Shown here one piece after another: positions 7,104 to 16,533 of a stretch of DNA of 64,000 nucleotides. The DNA is from a phage: assembly GCA_012439925.1 (NCBI GenBank), contig GCA_012439925.1_4519.1, one strand, 5' to 3'. Made by a program: the position numbers and the translations under genes. The notes beneath the pieces are model-generated. The model ran no database searches and had not been told where the DNA came from. It saw only the letters and a program-made list of their open reading frames with translations. How positions within the stretch are numbered: the first letter of the stretch is position 1; each line of letters starts with the position of its first letter.

Positions 7104-9317
7104 ATGATTATTGAAACGGCTAAAGAAACGATTATTGGTTCAGGCGGTAAGAGCACAGCATTCACTATTCAAGGCAATAGCAAAGTTTATAAGATTTTGT
7201 CTAATGACCTTTATACAAACAAAGAATTGGCTTGTGTACGTGAATTAATTACAAACTGTATCGATGGGCAAATTCTTAATGGTTGCACTGATAAGTTTAT
7301 TGTTCAGGCTCCAGGTCGTTTAGACCCACGCTTTGTAGTTCGAGACTTTGGTCCTGGTATGAGCGATTTCACCATTAGAGGTAATGACGAAGAGCCAGGA
7401 ATCTATAACTCATATTTTGCTTCAACTAAAACATCGAGTAACGATTTCATCGGTGGATTCGGACTCGGCTCTAAAGCTCCGCTAGCATATACCGATACGT
7501 TTAACCTTACGTCTTATCACAACGGCGAAGTTCGTGGTTACGTAATCTACCAAGATGACACGGGTCCACAAATTAAGCCGACCTTTGTAGATAAGATGGG
7601 TCCTGATGACCGTACTGGTGTAGAAGTAGTTGTACCGGTTAACCCGGAAGATTTTGAAAAGTTCGCATCCGAAATTGCATATGTTATGCGTCCTCTAGGT
7701 GATATTGCAGAAGTTCGTGGTGTTAAAGATATTAAATACTTCCCTGAATTTGACGATGTATATTTGGCCAAGGAAGCTCCATGGGGTGAACGTGGTAATA
7801 TCATGGCTGTTTATGGCGGTATTGTATATCCAATCGGAAGTGTTATTAAAGAACAAACATGGATGATGACACGATGCACTACAGCTTATATTAAATTCCC
7901 TATGGGTGAACTAGATGTAGCCCCGTCTCGTGAAGCATTGTCATTTGACAAACGTACAGTAGCAAATATCCATAAACGCGTTGCAGAAATCGATGCTAAA
8001 TTGTTCGCTGAAGATTCTAAGAAATGGATTGATTGTAAATACCCACGTCATGTGTTCCGTGAAATTGATTCTCTTGGCTATACCGCTCGTAAATACATGG
8101 AAAAGGCCGGGTCTAATATTGAATCACTGAAATACTCTAAAGAACAACTAACTTATTCTGAGTTGTACAAACGTTTTAAAATGGGGCCTGAGTGGTGTAA
8201 TCTTGGCGTCGTATACGATATCGTTGAATCCCCTCGTCTTCGTCGTATTCGTGAAAGTGGTAGCTCATCATCAACTATTTCAATTAACAGCCTGATTGGC
8301 ATTAACATTAAAAACGTTGAAATTGTTATTGACGACGTTAAGGGACGCGTTCCATTAATGCGAGCTCTTAATTCAATTGAAATGTCTAAAGACGAGGTTA
8401 AATTAACCGGTAAAGTTCCACGCGGTTTTGGTAAAAGTGTACTATTCGTTGACCCTACAGACGAAGATGCAATGAAACTTCTGGAACGCCTTAAAGTTAT
8501 CTTTGATGGCGACAACATTAACATGTACAAGACTTCAGAGCTTTTACAAATCGTTAAGCCATGGATTGAAGTCAGGAAACGGACTAATGAGCCTCGTCCT
8601 AAATCGCCAAGTGCTCATCGATTCTTTAAGAATGAAAACGATGTTTGGGTATCAGAAGACCTCTTTATTCCGGCAAGTGAAGCAGATGAAATCCAAGGTT
8701 ATGCTATAGTTCGTAATCGTTCTAATGCTGAATGTCTTGACGCAGATAAAGGTTGGTTGAACTATGACTCCAATTTCTTGACCCGTATTGCTGATTTGTC
8801 AGGTATTAAAGAGTTCACTGTAGTTCGTCCACAGATTGCTAAGAAAGTTCGTAAACTTGGTGAAGTAGAATGCTTGTTCGAAAAATCAATTAATGACTAT
8901 ATTACGCTAATCGATAAAGTGGATTATGATGAGTATGTATCACCAAGTCGTAGAGCACAGCCTTATTTGAATCATATTACTCGTAATGAAGAGCTTAACT
9001 TCCTTAGTAAGTATTTTAGCTCTAAAAACAAAGAAATCAGTAAAGATTTTGCAAAACTCTCAACAGTAAATAATCGTTGGGGATGGAATCGATTCTCAGG
9101 TGCTACTAACAGAGAACTGAATAAAAAGTTAGAATTGTGTGCTAAAATTTTCGATAAGCTTAAAGATAATGCTTACGATAATGATGATAAAATGGTTATT
9201 GAATTCGAAACCAATTATCATATTGTGTCAGACTACATGGGACGACGTGGTACTCTTTCTAAAGAACAGGTCGCTCAAATTGTTAAATTCATGAAGGCCG
9301 TGGAAGCGGCCAAATAA
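7104..9317 (+). CDS. rIIA: rIIA membrane-associated protein
   Basis: 737 aa (T4 rIIA 725 aa); synteny gene 39 - rIIA - rIIB; N-terminal sequence closely matches T4 rIIA as recalled. Confidence 0.85.
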   Translation: MIIETAKETIIGSGGKSTAFTIQGNSKVYKILSNDLYTNKELACVRELITNCIDGQILNGCTDKFIVQAPGRLDPRFVVRDFGPGMSDFTIRGNDEEPGIYNSYFASTKTSSNDFIGGFGLGSKAPLAYTDTFNLTSYHNGEVRGYVIYQDDTGPQIKPTFVDKMGPDDRTGVEVVVPVNPEDFEKFASEIAYVMRPLGDIAEVRGVKDIKYFPEFDDVYLAKEAPWGERGNIMAVYGGIVYPIGSVIKEQTWMMTRCTTAYIKFPMGELDVAPSREALSFDKRTVANIHKRVAEIDAKLFAEDSKKWIDCKYPRHVFREIDSLGYTARKYMEKAGSNIESLKYSKEQLTYSELYKRFKMGPEWCNLGVVYDIVESPRLRRIRESGSSSSTISINSLIGINIKNVEIVIDDVKGRVPLMRALNSIEMSKDEVKLTGKVPRGFGKSVLFVDPTDEDAMKLLERLKVIFDGDNINMYKTSELLQIVKPWIEVRKRTNEPRPKSPSAHRFFKNENDVWVSEDLFIPASEADEIQGYAIVRNRSNAECLDADKGWLNYDSNFLTRIADLSGIKEFTVVRPQIAKKVRKLGEVECLFEKSINDYITLIDKVDYDEYVSPSRRAQPYLNHITRNEELNFLSKYFSSKNKEISKDFAKLSTVNNRWGWNRFSGATNRELNKKLELCAKIFDKLKDNAYDNDDKMVIEFETNYHIVSDYMGRRGTLSKEQVAQIVKFMKAVEAAK

Positions 9318-9326
9318 GGAAACATT

Positions 9327-10262
9327 ATGTACAATATCAAATGCTTGTCCCAAGAAGAACAGTTAGAAGCTTACGGACTGGTTAAATCAGGCCAATGGAC
9401 TCGTCAGGAAATTGCTGATTACTTCAATATTTCCACCGACACTCTTCGTAAGATTGTTAAGAATTTTAAAGCTGAAGAGAAAGCCGCTGAATTTGAAGAC
9501 GAAGAACAGGTCCCAGAAAATAATGAACCTATTATTACAGGTCATCGTCCAGAAATCGTATGGAACGCGTCATCTAAATTTATTTCAATCATTGAAGGAC
9601 GCGTAGCATACAATGCGACCCCATCAAGTCATGCAAATTTTGAAGAAATTAAAGCTAATCTGGTCGCAGGAAACCTTAGTAAAGCTGTCGAACTTATTAA
9701 CATCAAGAAAGCTATTACTAAGTTTGTTGACGGTAATGTTACTATTGAAGGTGGTAGTTTATTTTATCAAGGTATAGAAATTCGTTCAGGACTGGTTAAT
9801 CGTATTATTGATTCCATGGAAAAAGGCGAAGACTTTAAATTCTATCTGCCGTTCCTTGAAAACCTGTTAGAAAACCCAAGCGAAAAAGCTGTACAACGTT
9901 TATTCGACTTCTTGGTTGCAAACGATATTGAAATCACTGAAGATGGGTATTTCTATGCGTGGAAAGTAGTTCGTAAAGACTATTTAGACTGCTATAGTGG
10001 TACATTTGATAACTCCCCAGGTAAAGTTGTTTCAATGCCTCGCACTCGAGTTAACGACGATGATACTCAAACCTGTTCTCGCGGTCTCCACGTTTGTGCT
10101 AAATCTTATATTCGCCACTTTGGTTCAAGCTCAGATAAAGTTGTTAAGGTTAAAGTTCATCCACGTGATGTTGTATCCATCCCAGTTGACTATGGTGATG
10201 CTAAGATGCGTACTTGTCGTTATGAAGTAATTTCAGACGTTACTGAATTATTTGCAGAATAA
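9327..10262 (+). CDS. rIIB: rIIB protein
   Basis: 311 aa (T4 rIIB 312 aa) immediately downstream of rIIA. Confidence 0.85.
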   Translation: MYNIKCLSQEEQLEAYGLVKSGQWTRQEIADYFNISTDTLRKIVKNFKAEEKAAEFEDEEQVPENNEPIITGHRPEIVWNASSKFISIIEGRVAYNATPSSHANFEEIKANLVAGNLSKAVELINIKKAITKFVDGNVTIEGGSLFYQGIEIRSGLVNRIIDSMEKGEDFKFYLPFLENLLENPSEKAVQRLFDFLVANDIEITEDGYFYAWKVVRKDYLDCYSGTFDNSPGKVVSMPRTRVNDDDTQTCSRGLHVCAKSYIRHFGSSSDKVVKVKVHPRDVVSIPVDYGDAKMRTCRYEVISDVTELFAE

Positions 10263-10267
10263 TAATT

Positions 10268-10290
10268 GGGGACTTCGGTCCCCTTTTTCT
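10268..10290 (+). terminator. intrinsic terminator after rIIB
   Basis: GGGGACttcgGTCCCC hairpin followed by TTTTTCTTT. Confidence 0.7.
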
Positions 10291-10302
10291 TTAGGGGTAA
10301 TT

Positions 10303-10590
10303 ATGATTCATCCATTTGACGTATCAGAATCCAAAATTGCTAATCTTCGTGGTCATCATAAGTGTAAATCAGTTTATTGTGCTAAATTGGTAAAACATCC
10401 TGGTGATGCACACTACGGCTGGTTAGAATGCGACGAAGTTGTTATTGAAATCCCACCGGTAGATGCTAACTATCTTGAAGAAGGAGACCGCATTTATTTT
10501 GGCGAACTACACATCAGAGGTATCTATGGTAAAGACGAACTTGGGACTGTTGAGACTGAAGAATCTTCCGACATTTATCCTGTCGAATGA
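10303..10590 (+). CDS. hypothetical protein
   Basis: Start trimmed to MIHPFDV with RBS AGGGGTAA just after the terminator; 96 aa. Confidence 0.5.
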   Translation: MIHPFDVSESKIANLRGHHKCKSVYCAKLVKHPGDAHYGWLECDEVVIEIPPVDANYLEEGDRIYFGELHIRGIYGKDELGTVETEESSDIYPVE

Positions 10591-10606
10591 GTTTTTGACT
10601 AGTGAA

Positions 10607-11083
10607 ATGAAAGTGAAGATTGCTGACACCGCTCGGTATTCCCTGAGCCAAAATCCAGACCAAAACAAAGAAGATGTAGTTCGACGTTGTAAGGTTGCAG
10701 TCTTTGCAGAGTATGTAGTAGCAAATTGGCTAGACGGATATGTTAATAAAGGTATTGAAGATGTAGAAGACCCGTACACGTATGCATGGGACGTGTTAGC
10801 CCATCCCAAATATTGTGGAATTCGTGTAGAAGTCAAGACACATCAGATGGATTCTAAATGGATTTCTGTTACCACAGGATACAGTGGTGATTATCCGGGT
10901 GGCAACGGAATCAACATAGGGCCCTTCCTTAATCATCGAGTCGCTGACTGTATTATTATATTGAATGTCAAAGAAACCTCACCTGACGTCTTCTCTTATT
11001 CTATAAAGTTCGTGGGAGACCATGAAGACCTAAAGAAAATCGTCCGCAAGAGCAACTACAACGGGTGGTATCTTCATCTTTAA
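10607..11083 (+). CDS. hypothetical protein, possible denB-like (endonuclease IV) by position
   Basis: 158 aa from ATG 10607 (upstream part of the track ORF overlaps the previous gene); lies between rIIB and ndd as T4 denB does; no motif verified. Confidence 0.3.
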   Translation: MKVKIADTARYSLSQNPDQNKEDVVRRCKVAVFAEYVVANWLDGYVNKGIEDVEDPYTYAWDVLAHPKYCGIRVEVKTHQMDSKWISVTTGYSGDYPGGNGINIGPFLNHRVADCIIILNVKETSPDVFSYSIKFVGDHEDLKKIVRKSNYNGWYLHL

Positions 11084-11095
11084 TTTCATAAAAGT

Positions 11096-11125
11096 GTTTA
11101 CAACTAAGTAGGACTATGATATAGT
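11096..11125 (+). promoter_or_regulatory. T4-type early promoter with embedded inverted repeat
   Basis: GTTTAC 11096-11101; -10-like TATAGT near 11120; inverted repeat AGGACTA / TAGTCCT spans the -10. Confidence 0.5.
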
Positions 11126-11151
11126 AGTCCTATCTAAAAGAGGATAACATC

Positions 11152-11415
11152 ATGAAATTTAAATTTTTCTACGCAAAACATAAAGTAACAGGCGAATTTG
11201 TTTCAATGTACAACACCGCAGATGACGAAGGGATGATTTATACTCATTTAGGTCTATCTCATTGGGACTCAGACGTGCCTTATATGTCATCCGAAGCCGA
11301 AATAACTCGTTTAGTTAATGGACATATGAATGACCATTTTGGTGTTATTCTTTCTAAAGACCTTAAAGAGGTTATCAACAAAGGATATATGGAACTCACG
11401 GAAGTTGAGATATGA
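11152..11415 (+). CDS. hypothetical small protein
   Basis: 87-aa ORF with RBS AAGAGGA. Confidence 0.5.
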   Translation: MKFKFFYAKHKVTGEFVSMYNTADDEGMIYTHLGLSHWDSDVPYMSSEAEITRLVNGHMNDHFGVILSKDLKEVINKGYMELTEVEI

Positions 11416-11607
11416 GCTCTAAAATGTGGATAGGAATATGGTTGCTTAGTATCCCAATGATTTGTATAATATTTTCAATTGTGTTGAGGTACTTATGAAA
11501 AATGCACTTCTTATTGTACTAAGAACATTTTGTGATACGGTTTTTTACATTGCATGTTCGTTCACTGGAACATGGTTGGCTTTAACATATTTTAATGTAA
11601 TTTAATT

Positions 11608-11638
11608 GTTTACAACACAATAGGATTATGGTATAGTA
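11608..11638 (+). promoter_or_regulatory. T4-type early promoter-like element
   Basis: GTTTAC 11608-11613 followed by AGGATTATGGTATAGTAGTCCT, a variant of the cassette at 11096. Confidence 0.4.
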
Positions 11639-11666
11639 GTCCTACTTAAACATGAGGAATACAAAA

Positions 11667-11867
11667 ATGGCTAAGCTTTTTAAAGATGTTGAAATTGGTG
11701 AAAAATTTGTCCTGAATAATGGACAGCAGCTTATTCGTGTAGCTTCTATAGCTGGACAAACTCATAACTGCATCGCCCCAACGTGTTGGACCCGATTCTT
11801 TATCGAGGATGACACTGAATGTTTAACTGTCGAAGAGCTTTTTGAACGTTCTGATATGGCCGAATAA
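11667..11867 (+). CDS. hypothetical small protein
   Basis: Start MAKLFKD with RBS GAGGAA; 66 aa. Confidence 0.45.
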   Translation: MAKLFKDVEIGEKFVLNNGQQLIRVASIAGQTHNCIAPTCWTRFFIEDDTECLTVEELFERSDMAE

Positions 11868-11869
11868 AA

Positions 11870-11899
11870 TTGTACAAACTCTTGAGAGCAGAGTATAAT
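11870..11899 (+). promoter_or_regulatory. early promoter-like cassette with inverted repeat around TATAAT
   Basis: TTGTAC -35-like, TATAAT 11894-11899, flanked by GAGAGCA / TGCTCTC; near-identical cassette at 40193-40228. Confidence 0.45.
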
Positions 11900-11944
11900 G
11901 CTCTCATGGATTACAAAAAACATTAATCAATTGAGGAAATTAGC

Positions 11945-12391
11945 ATGTCCAAATATTTAACTCGTAAAGACCTTCTGGCAGTTGGCGGTGAAGTTGTTGC
12001 AGTAGTTCGTAATGGCGAATACGGTTCTGAAGTTTCTAAAGAGTTTCGTTCTCGTGAAGGTTTTTACTTCTTTGTTAAAGGTTCATCTGATTGGCGACAA
12101 GTGGCAGCACGATTCTTTGTAGGACGTCAACGTTCTAAACAAGGGTTGGATGCAATTCTTTCTCACATTCGTCAAGGCCGTTCGCAACTAGCCCGTACCA
12201 TGGGTACTAATAATATTGAATATGACGTAATCTTTGTTTCAGCCAAGAACATGAAACCCCTGACTACTGGTTATGGTAAAGGACAATTGGCTCTAGCGTT
12301 CACTCGCAACCATACATCAGAATATCAAACACTCACTGAAATGAACCGTCTTCTGGCCGATAATTTCAAATTTATTCTGCAGAGTTACTAA
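11945..12391 (+). CDS. ndd: nucleoid disruption protein
   Basis: 148 aa; strong similarity to T4 Ndd as recalled (FYVGxQRSKQG, SHIRQxRSQLART, [21 protein letters not shown], MNRxLADNFKF). Confidence 0.8.
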   Translation: MSKYLTRKDLLAVGGEVVAVVRNGEYGSEVSKEFRSREGFYFFVKGSSDWRQVAARFFVGRQRSKQGLDAILSHIRQGRSQLARTMGTNNIEYDVIFVSAKNMKPLTTGYGKGQLALAFTRNHTSEYQTLTEMNRLLADNFKFILQSY

Positions 12392-12397
12392 TTTATA

Positions 12398-12427
12398 CAG
12401 GCCTAACTTAATAGGCCTTTAATTTAT
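12398..12427 (+). terminator. stem-loop / terminator after ndd
   Basis: AGGCCT-aacttaat-AGGCCT hairpin followed by TTAATTT. Confidence 0.45.
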
Positions 12428-12443
12428 TTGTGAGGTAATTAAA

Positions 12444-12590
12444 ATGGTATCATGGATTATTGCATTGTTGTGTTGGTCGTTTTTATTCGTTAACACTTTA
12501 GTTACAGGCGAAACAACAGTATTTCAACAGGCCGTATCACAAGGCACCTTAGCGGTCTTAGCTCTTTTTAACGTGTTAAAAGGCGAGTAA
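12444..12590 (+). CDS. small hydrophobic membrane peptide (48 aa), ac/52.1-like position
   Basis: Not in ORF track; RBS GAGGTAA; predicted single transmembrane helix (WIIALLCWSFLFVNTLV). Confidence 0.4.
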   Translation: MVSWIIALLCWSFLFVNTLVTGETTVFQQAVSQGTLAVLALFNVLKGE

Positions 12591-12730
12591 TGATTAAGAA
12601 AATCTTAGCAGGAGCCTTCGGGCTCTTGTTGTTGCTTACGGTTCTGTACTATGGTGTGTTGTTTGGACTAATCCAAGTAGTGCTTTTCATTTCAGATGTT
12701 ATAATGGATATTCGTTCATTAATATGGTGA
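12590..12730 (+). CDS. small hydrophobic membrane peptide (46 aa)
   Basis: Not in ORF track; start overlaps previous stop (TAATG); hydrophobic core AGAFGLLLLLTVLYYGVLFGLIQVVLF. Confidence 0.4.
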   Translation: MIKKILAGAFGLLLLLTVLYYGVLFGLIQVVLFISDVIMDIRSLIW

Positions 12731-12734
12731 AAAT

Positions 12735-14060
12735 ATGCAATTGAATTCTCGTAATCTAAAAAGTATTATTGATAACGAAGCCTTAGCATATGCGATGTAC
12801 ACCGTTGAAAACCGTGCAATCCCAAACATGATTGATGGATTTAAGCCGGTTCAACGTTTTGTGGTTCATCGTGCATTAGATTTGGCTCGTGGTAATAAAG
12901 AAAAATTTCATAAACTTGCGTCAATTGCAGGCGGTGTTGCAGATTTAGGTTATCACCATGGTGAATCTTCTGCACAAGATGCAGGTGCATTGATGGCTAA
13001 CACATGGAACAACAACTATCCACTGTTAGATGGCCAAGGCAACTTTGGTTCTAGAACAGTCCAAAAAGCTGCAGCATCTCGTTATATTTTTGCTCGTGTA
13101 AGTAAAAATTTCTATAACGTATATAAAGATACTGAATATGCTCCAGCTCATGAAGATAAAGAACACGTTCCACCAAAATTCTATCTTCCTATTATTCCGA
13201 CAGTTCTTTTGAATGGTGTATCTGGTATTGCAACCGGTTACGCAACAAATATTCTGCCTCATAGTTTTAAATCGGTAAAAAAGGCTGTATTACAAGCTCT
13301 TCAAGGTAAAAATGTCACTAAGCCAAAAGTTGAATTCCCGGAATTCCATGGTGAAGTACATGAAGTTGATGGGCGTTATGAGATTCACGGAACATATAAG
13401 TTCACATCTCGCACTCAAATGCAGATAACTGAAATCCCATATAAATTCGACCGTGAAACGTATGTGAGTAAGGTTCTTGACCCGTTGGAAGACAAAGGTC
13501 TAATCTCATGGGAAGATGATTGTGGTGAACACGGCTTTGGGTTTAAGGTGAAGTTCCGTAAAGAGTACTCGCTTCCTGATGATGAAGAGCTACGTCATGA
13601 AAAAATCATGAAAGATTTTAGTCTCATCGAACGTCGTTCACAAAACATCACAGTGATTAATGAAAAGGGTAAATTAGCAGTCTACGATAACGTAGTGGAC
13701 TTAATCAAAGATTTTGTTGAAGTCCGTAAGACTTACGTTCAGAAACGTATTGACAACAAAATCCTTGAATCTGAAAAAGCATTTAAACTGGCTTTTGCTA
13801 AGGCACACTTCATCAAAAAAGTTATCAACGGTGAAATCGTGATTCAGGGCAAGACTCGTAAAGCTTTGACTGAAGAGCTAGCACAAATCGAAATGTACAA
13901 AGAACATGTCGATAAACTGGTGGGTCTTAACATCTTCCATATCACTTCCGACGAAGCACGTAAACTAGCAGAAGAAGCTAAAGCTAAGAAAGAAGAAAAT
14001 GAGTATTGGAAGTCTACTGATGTTGTGACAGAGTACACTAAAGACTTGGGGGCACTTTGA
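12735..14060 (+). CDS. 52: DNA topoisomerase II medium subunit (GyrA-like breakage-reunion domain)
   Basis: 441 aa (T4 gp52 441 aa); GyrA-like N-terminal motifs; synteny ndd - 52 - motA. Confidence 0.9.
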   Translation: MQLNSRNLKSIIDNEALAYAMYTVENRAIPNMIDGFKPVQRFVVHRALDLARGNKEKFHKLASIAGGVADLGYHHGESSAQDAGALMANTWNNNYPLLDGQGNFGSRTVQKAAASRYIFARVSKNFYNVYKDTEYAPAHEDKEHVPPKFYLPIIPTVLLNGVSGIATGYATNILPHSFKSVKKAVLQALQGKNVTKPKVEFPEFHGEVHEVDGRYEIHGTYKFTSRTQMQITEIPYKFDRETYVSKVLDPLEDKGLISWEDDCGEHGFGFKVKFRKEYSLPDDEELRHEKIMKDFSLIERRSQNITVINEKGKLAVYDNVVDLIKDFVEVRKTYVQKRIDNKILESEKAFKLAFAKAHFIKKVINGEIVIQGKTRKALTEELAQIEMYKEHVDKLVGLNIFHITSDEARKLAEEAKAKKEENEYWKSTDVVTEYTKDLGAL

Positions 14061-14136
14061 GTGCCCTAGCCTTAGGATTTCTCGGTGCAATAGCTGCACT
14101 AGTGATTTGGCTGTATTGGTTGGACAAACATGATTA

Positions 14137-14158
14137 GGGAGCTTCGGCTCCCTTTTGT
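14137..14158 (+). terminator. intrinsic terminator after gene 52
   Basis: GGGAGCttcgGCTCCC followed by TTTT. Confidence 0.7.
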
Positions 14159-14179
14159 GCATTTTTTTCTCACAAAACA

Positions 14180-14208
14180 GTTTACATGTGCTTCAAACAT
14201 GATATTAT
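14180..14208 (+). promoter_or_regulatory. T4-type early promoter
   Basis: GTTTAC 14180-14185, 17-bp spacer, TATTAT 14203-14208; downstream TATAGACCTATCAAAACAA also occurs at 2495-2515. Confidence 0.55.
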
Positions 14209-14247
14209 AGACCTATCAAAACAAAACAGCCAAATTGGAGAAATAAA

Positions 14248-14880
14248 ATGTCTAAAGTTACTTACATCATCAAAGCTTCTGAAAACGCTCTGAATGAAAA
14301 AACTGCTGCAATAATGGTTTATATCATTAAGAACAACTTCACCACTGCTGCCAATGTCCGTGAAGCTCTGGAAGCAGAATACAGTGCATCAGTTGTTAAC
14401 TCTAACATTGGTGTATTGATTAAGAAAGGTTTAGTCGAAAAATCCGGTGATGGACTTGTAGCAACAGGCGAAGCAATGGATATTATCCAAAAAGCTGCAG
14501 ACCTCTTTGCCCAAGAAAATGCTCCAGAACTTCTTCAGAAACGTAACACCAGAAAAGCACGTGGAGTTACTCCTGAAATGCATGAATTAGCAAACTTTGT
14601 TTTTGAAAATATTAAAGATAAAGTTGAAGTTAAAGAAATTGGTGAAAACCGTAGTAACTTAGAAGTTCGATTCGCTAAACGAGTTCTAGGCATTCGCCAA
14701 ATTGAAATTCGACGAGATGGCGCTCTTAGAATCTTTGCATACAACATGTCAGAAACTGAATCAAAGCTGTTTACTTCTCTTGAAAATGATGTTAAGATTA
14801 AGATCGGTGGTAAATATACTTACATTGACTTCCCTAATGTGTCTAAAGAAATCATTACCCTTGTAACTAACGTACTGTGA
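14248..14880 (+). CDS. motA: middle transcription activator MotA
   Basis: 210 aa (T4 MotA 211 aa); N-terminal MSKVTYIIKAS...VVNSNIGVLIKKGLVEKSGDGL matches T4 MotA as recalled. Confidence 0.85.
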   Translation: MSKVTYIIKASENALNEKTAAIMVYIIKNNFTTAANVREALEAEYSASVVNSNIGVLIKKGLVEKSGDGLVATGEAMDIIQKAADLFAQENAPELLQKRNTRKARGVTPEMHELANFVFENIKDKVEVKEIGENRSNLEVRFAKRVLGIRQIEIRRDGALRIFAYNMSETESKLFTSLENDVKIKIGGKYTYIDFPNVSKEIITLVTNVL

Positions 14881-14890
14881 GGAATACATA

Positions 14891-15220
14891 ATGAATAAGC
14901 TGAATATTATTAACGAACTTCGTAAATGTGCAGAACCTACTCAGGAAGGATGGGATATTTGGTACCACGGGGCTTATTTAGGGACAATTGTAAAGATTAA
15001 AGCAGGCCAATATACGGTTATTCGTGAAAATAATGACGCGCCATTTGGCCTTCGTAAAAACTACATGGCAGCGATCAGTTCATTTGTTGATGCAGCTTAC
15101 GAAATCTATAAAGAAGATTATAAAGAATATCAGCAGTCACAACCGGTTATTCGTTCGATTGGTGTAAATAAACAAGCACAAAAATCTATTTGGCAACGTA
15201 TTAAGGAATGGTTTAAATGA
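14891..15220 (+). CDS. hypothetical protein
   Basis: 109-aa ORF, RBS GAGGAA. Confidence 0.5.
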   Translation: MNKLNIINELRKCAEPTQEGWDIWYHGAYLGTIVKIKAGQYTVIRENNDAPFGLRKNYMAAISSFVDAAYEIYKEDYKEYQQSQPVIRSIGVNKQAQKSIWQRIKEWFK

Positions 15221-15678
15221 AAACTTTTAAAGAACGTTTAGCTCTGTTAGATAAAGCTTTGTCGCGTGAGACTCCGGAAAGTCTGGCTGCTAAATTAGCT
15301 TCTTACGGTGGTGAATATACAGAACAAAATGTTTTAGACGAAGTTCCTGAAATCTGTTGGCAGACTCTGTATTGGGATGAAAACCAAAAGTATCAACGAC
15401 GAATTGTCTGCGCAGCCAACCGTTTTAAATTAAAAGATGGACGAACTCTTATTATTCCAGGTGCTCGTCATTATTCTAAAGATATGGCAGAAGTTTTAGA
15501 TGTAGTTAAACCTCAATTAGTTACTCAACAAGTTTGTGATGATGACCAAGGGTTTATTGACCAATATAGTAATTATTGGACACGTGAAGAAGCAATGATT
15601 ATTGCAACTTACGCTGGACAAGTACGTATTGAACGTGGTGGTAATGAAAAAGAACTTTACTCTGAGGACCTTTACTAA
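15217..15678 (+). CDS. hypothetical protein
   Basis: 153-aa ORF, start overlaps previous stop; no recognised motif. Confidence 0.5.
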   Translation: MKTFKERLALLDKALSRETPESLAAKLASYGGEYTEQNVLDEVPEICWQTLYWDENQKYQRRIVCAANRFKLKDGRTLIIPGARHYSKDMAEVLDVVKPQLVTQQVCDDDQGFIDQYSNYWTREEAMIIATYAGQVRIERGGNEKELYSEDLY

Positions 15679-15959
15679 TGAATCTTAAACAACTCCAGAT
15701 TGATGCTATTGAAGCCCACATTAATCATATCAAACGCCTGAATGTTATGATGGAAGAAAATTATGGTATGTATGCTAATCAGCCTGGTTGGGATGCTTTA
15801 GATCATCCTTATTTGGTTAATTTATGTAAAGGTGATACGTTAGCAATTATTCGTGATGGGTTAAAACCTTTCTTGCGCGACATGTATATTAAAATGAACG
15901 AAGAAATTATTAGCTCGTTGCAATATCAATTAAGGAAATTAGATGATGAGAATAATTGA
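15678..15959 (+). CDS. hypothetical protein
   Basis: 93-aa ORF, start overlaps previous stop (TAATG). Confidence 0.45.
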   Translation: MNLKQLQIDAIEAHINHIKRLNVMMEENYGMYANQPGWDALDHPYLVNLCKGDTLAIIRDGLKPFLRDMYIKMNEEIISSLQYQLRKLDDENN

Positions 15960-16170
15960 TTCTAAAGCAGATTATTTTAATTCTGTTAATGATAAGAATA
16001 AAGCTTTAATTCGCCACTTTATTACTGAGATGGGTTATACTGACTCTAAAGATTTGAAAGAACACATCATCGAATGTTCTGTGGCTAAAAAGTTTTCTTT
16101 TACCGATAAATGTTTAAATGAGGTTATAAATCATTATGAACAATCTTGTAGCAAAACACGATTTCAATAA
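15943..16170 (+). CDS. hypothetical small protein
   Basis: 75-aa ORF overlapping the previous stop. Confidence 0.4.
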   Translation: MMRIIDSKADYFNSVNDKNKALIRHFITEMGYTDSKDLKEHIIECSVAKKFSFTDKCLNEVINHYEQSCSKTRFQ

Positions 16171-16244
16171 GGCTTCTGTCCATAAGGACAAGAAGAAAGT
16201 AGAACTCCAATCTAAACGTAAACAAAAACACAAGGGTAAAGACT

Positions 16245-16532
16245 ATGTTTACTAAAATCAAAGAGAATCCTGCTACTGAACTGGTTATTCGCTGCGAAGA
16301 ACTTGTAGAGCTCTATCACGTCAACAAGAACGTATATCGTAGTGTTGTTGCAGATATGGCAGATGAAGTTTGTTCTCGAATTCCATTTAGTGTTGATTTT
16401 GATCGTACAGCACCGGGAGAAATCACTATCGTCTTTGGTTCTGACTATACTGAAGAACGGGCTCTTAATGCCCTAGAATATGAAATGTCATTCTTTGACA
16501 TACAGGACTACATTGATAGTTATAAGGAATGA
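16245..16532 (+). CDS. small acidic protein, possible Arn-like anti-restriction protein
   Basis: 95 aa with about 20 acidic versus 9 basic residues; lies between motA and asiA where T4 arn lies; sequence identity not verified. Confidence 0.3.
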   Translation: MFTKIKENPATELVIRCEELVELYHVNKNVYRSVVADMADEVCSRIPFSVDFDRTAPGEITIVFGSDYTEERALNALEYEMSFFDIQDYIDSYKE

Positions 16533-16533
16533 T

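Noticed and set aside
6866-7165. Minus-strand 99-aa ORF overlapping plus-strand ORF 6891-7091 and the start of rIIA
   Set aside because: It is opposite to the direction of all neighbouring early genes and overlaps the rIIA RBS and start; the plus-strand ORF with an RBS is preferred.
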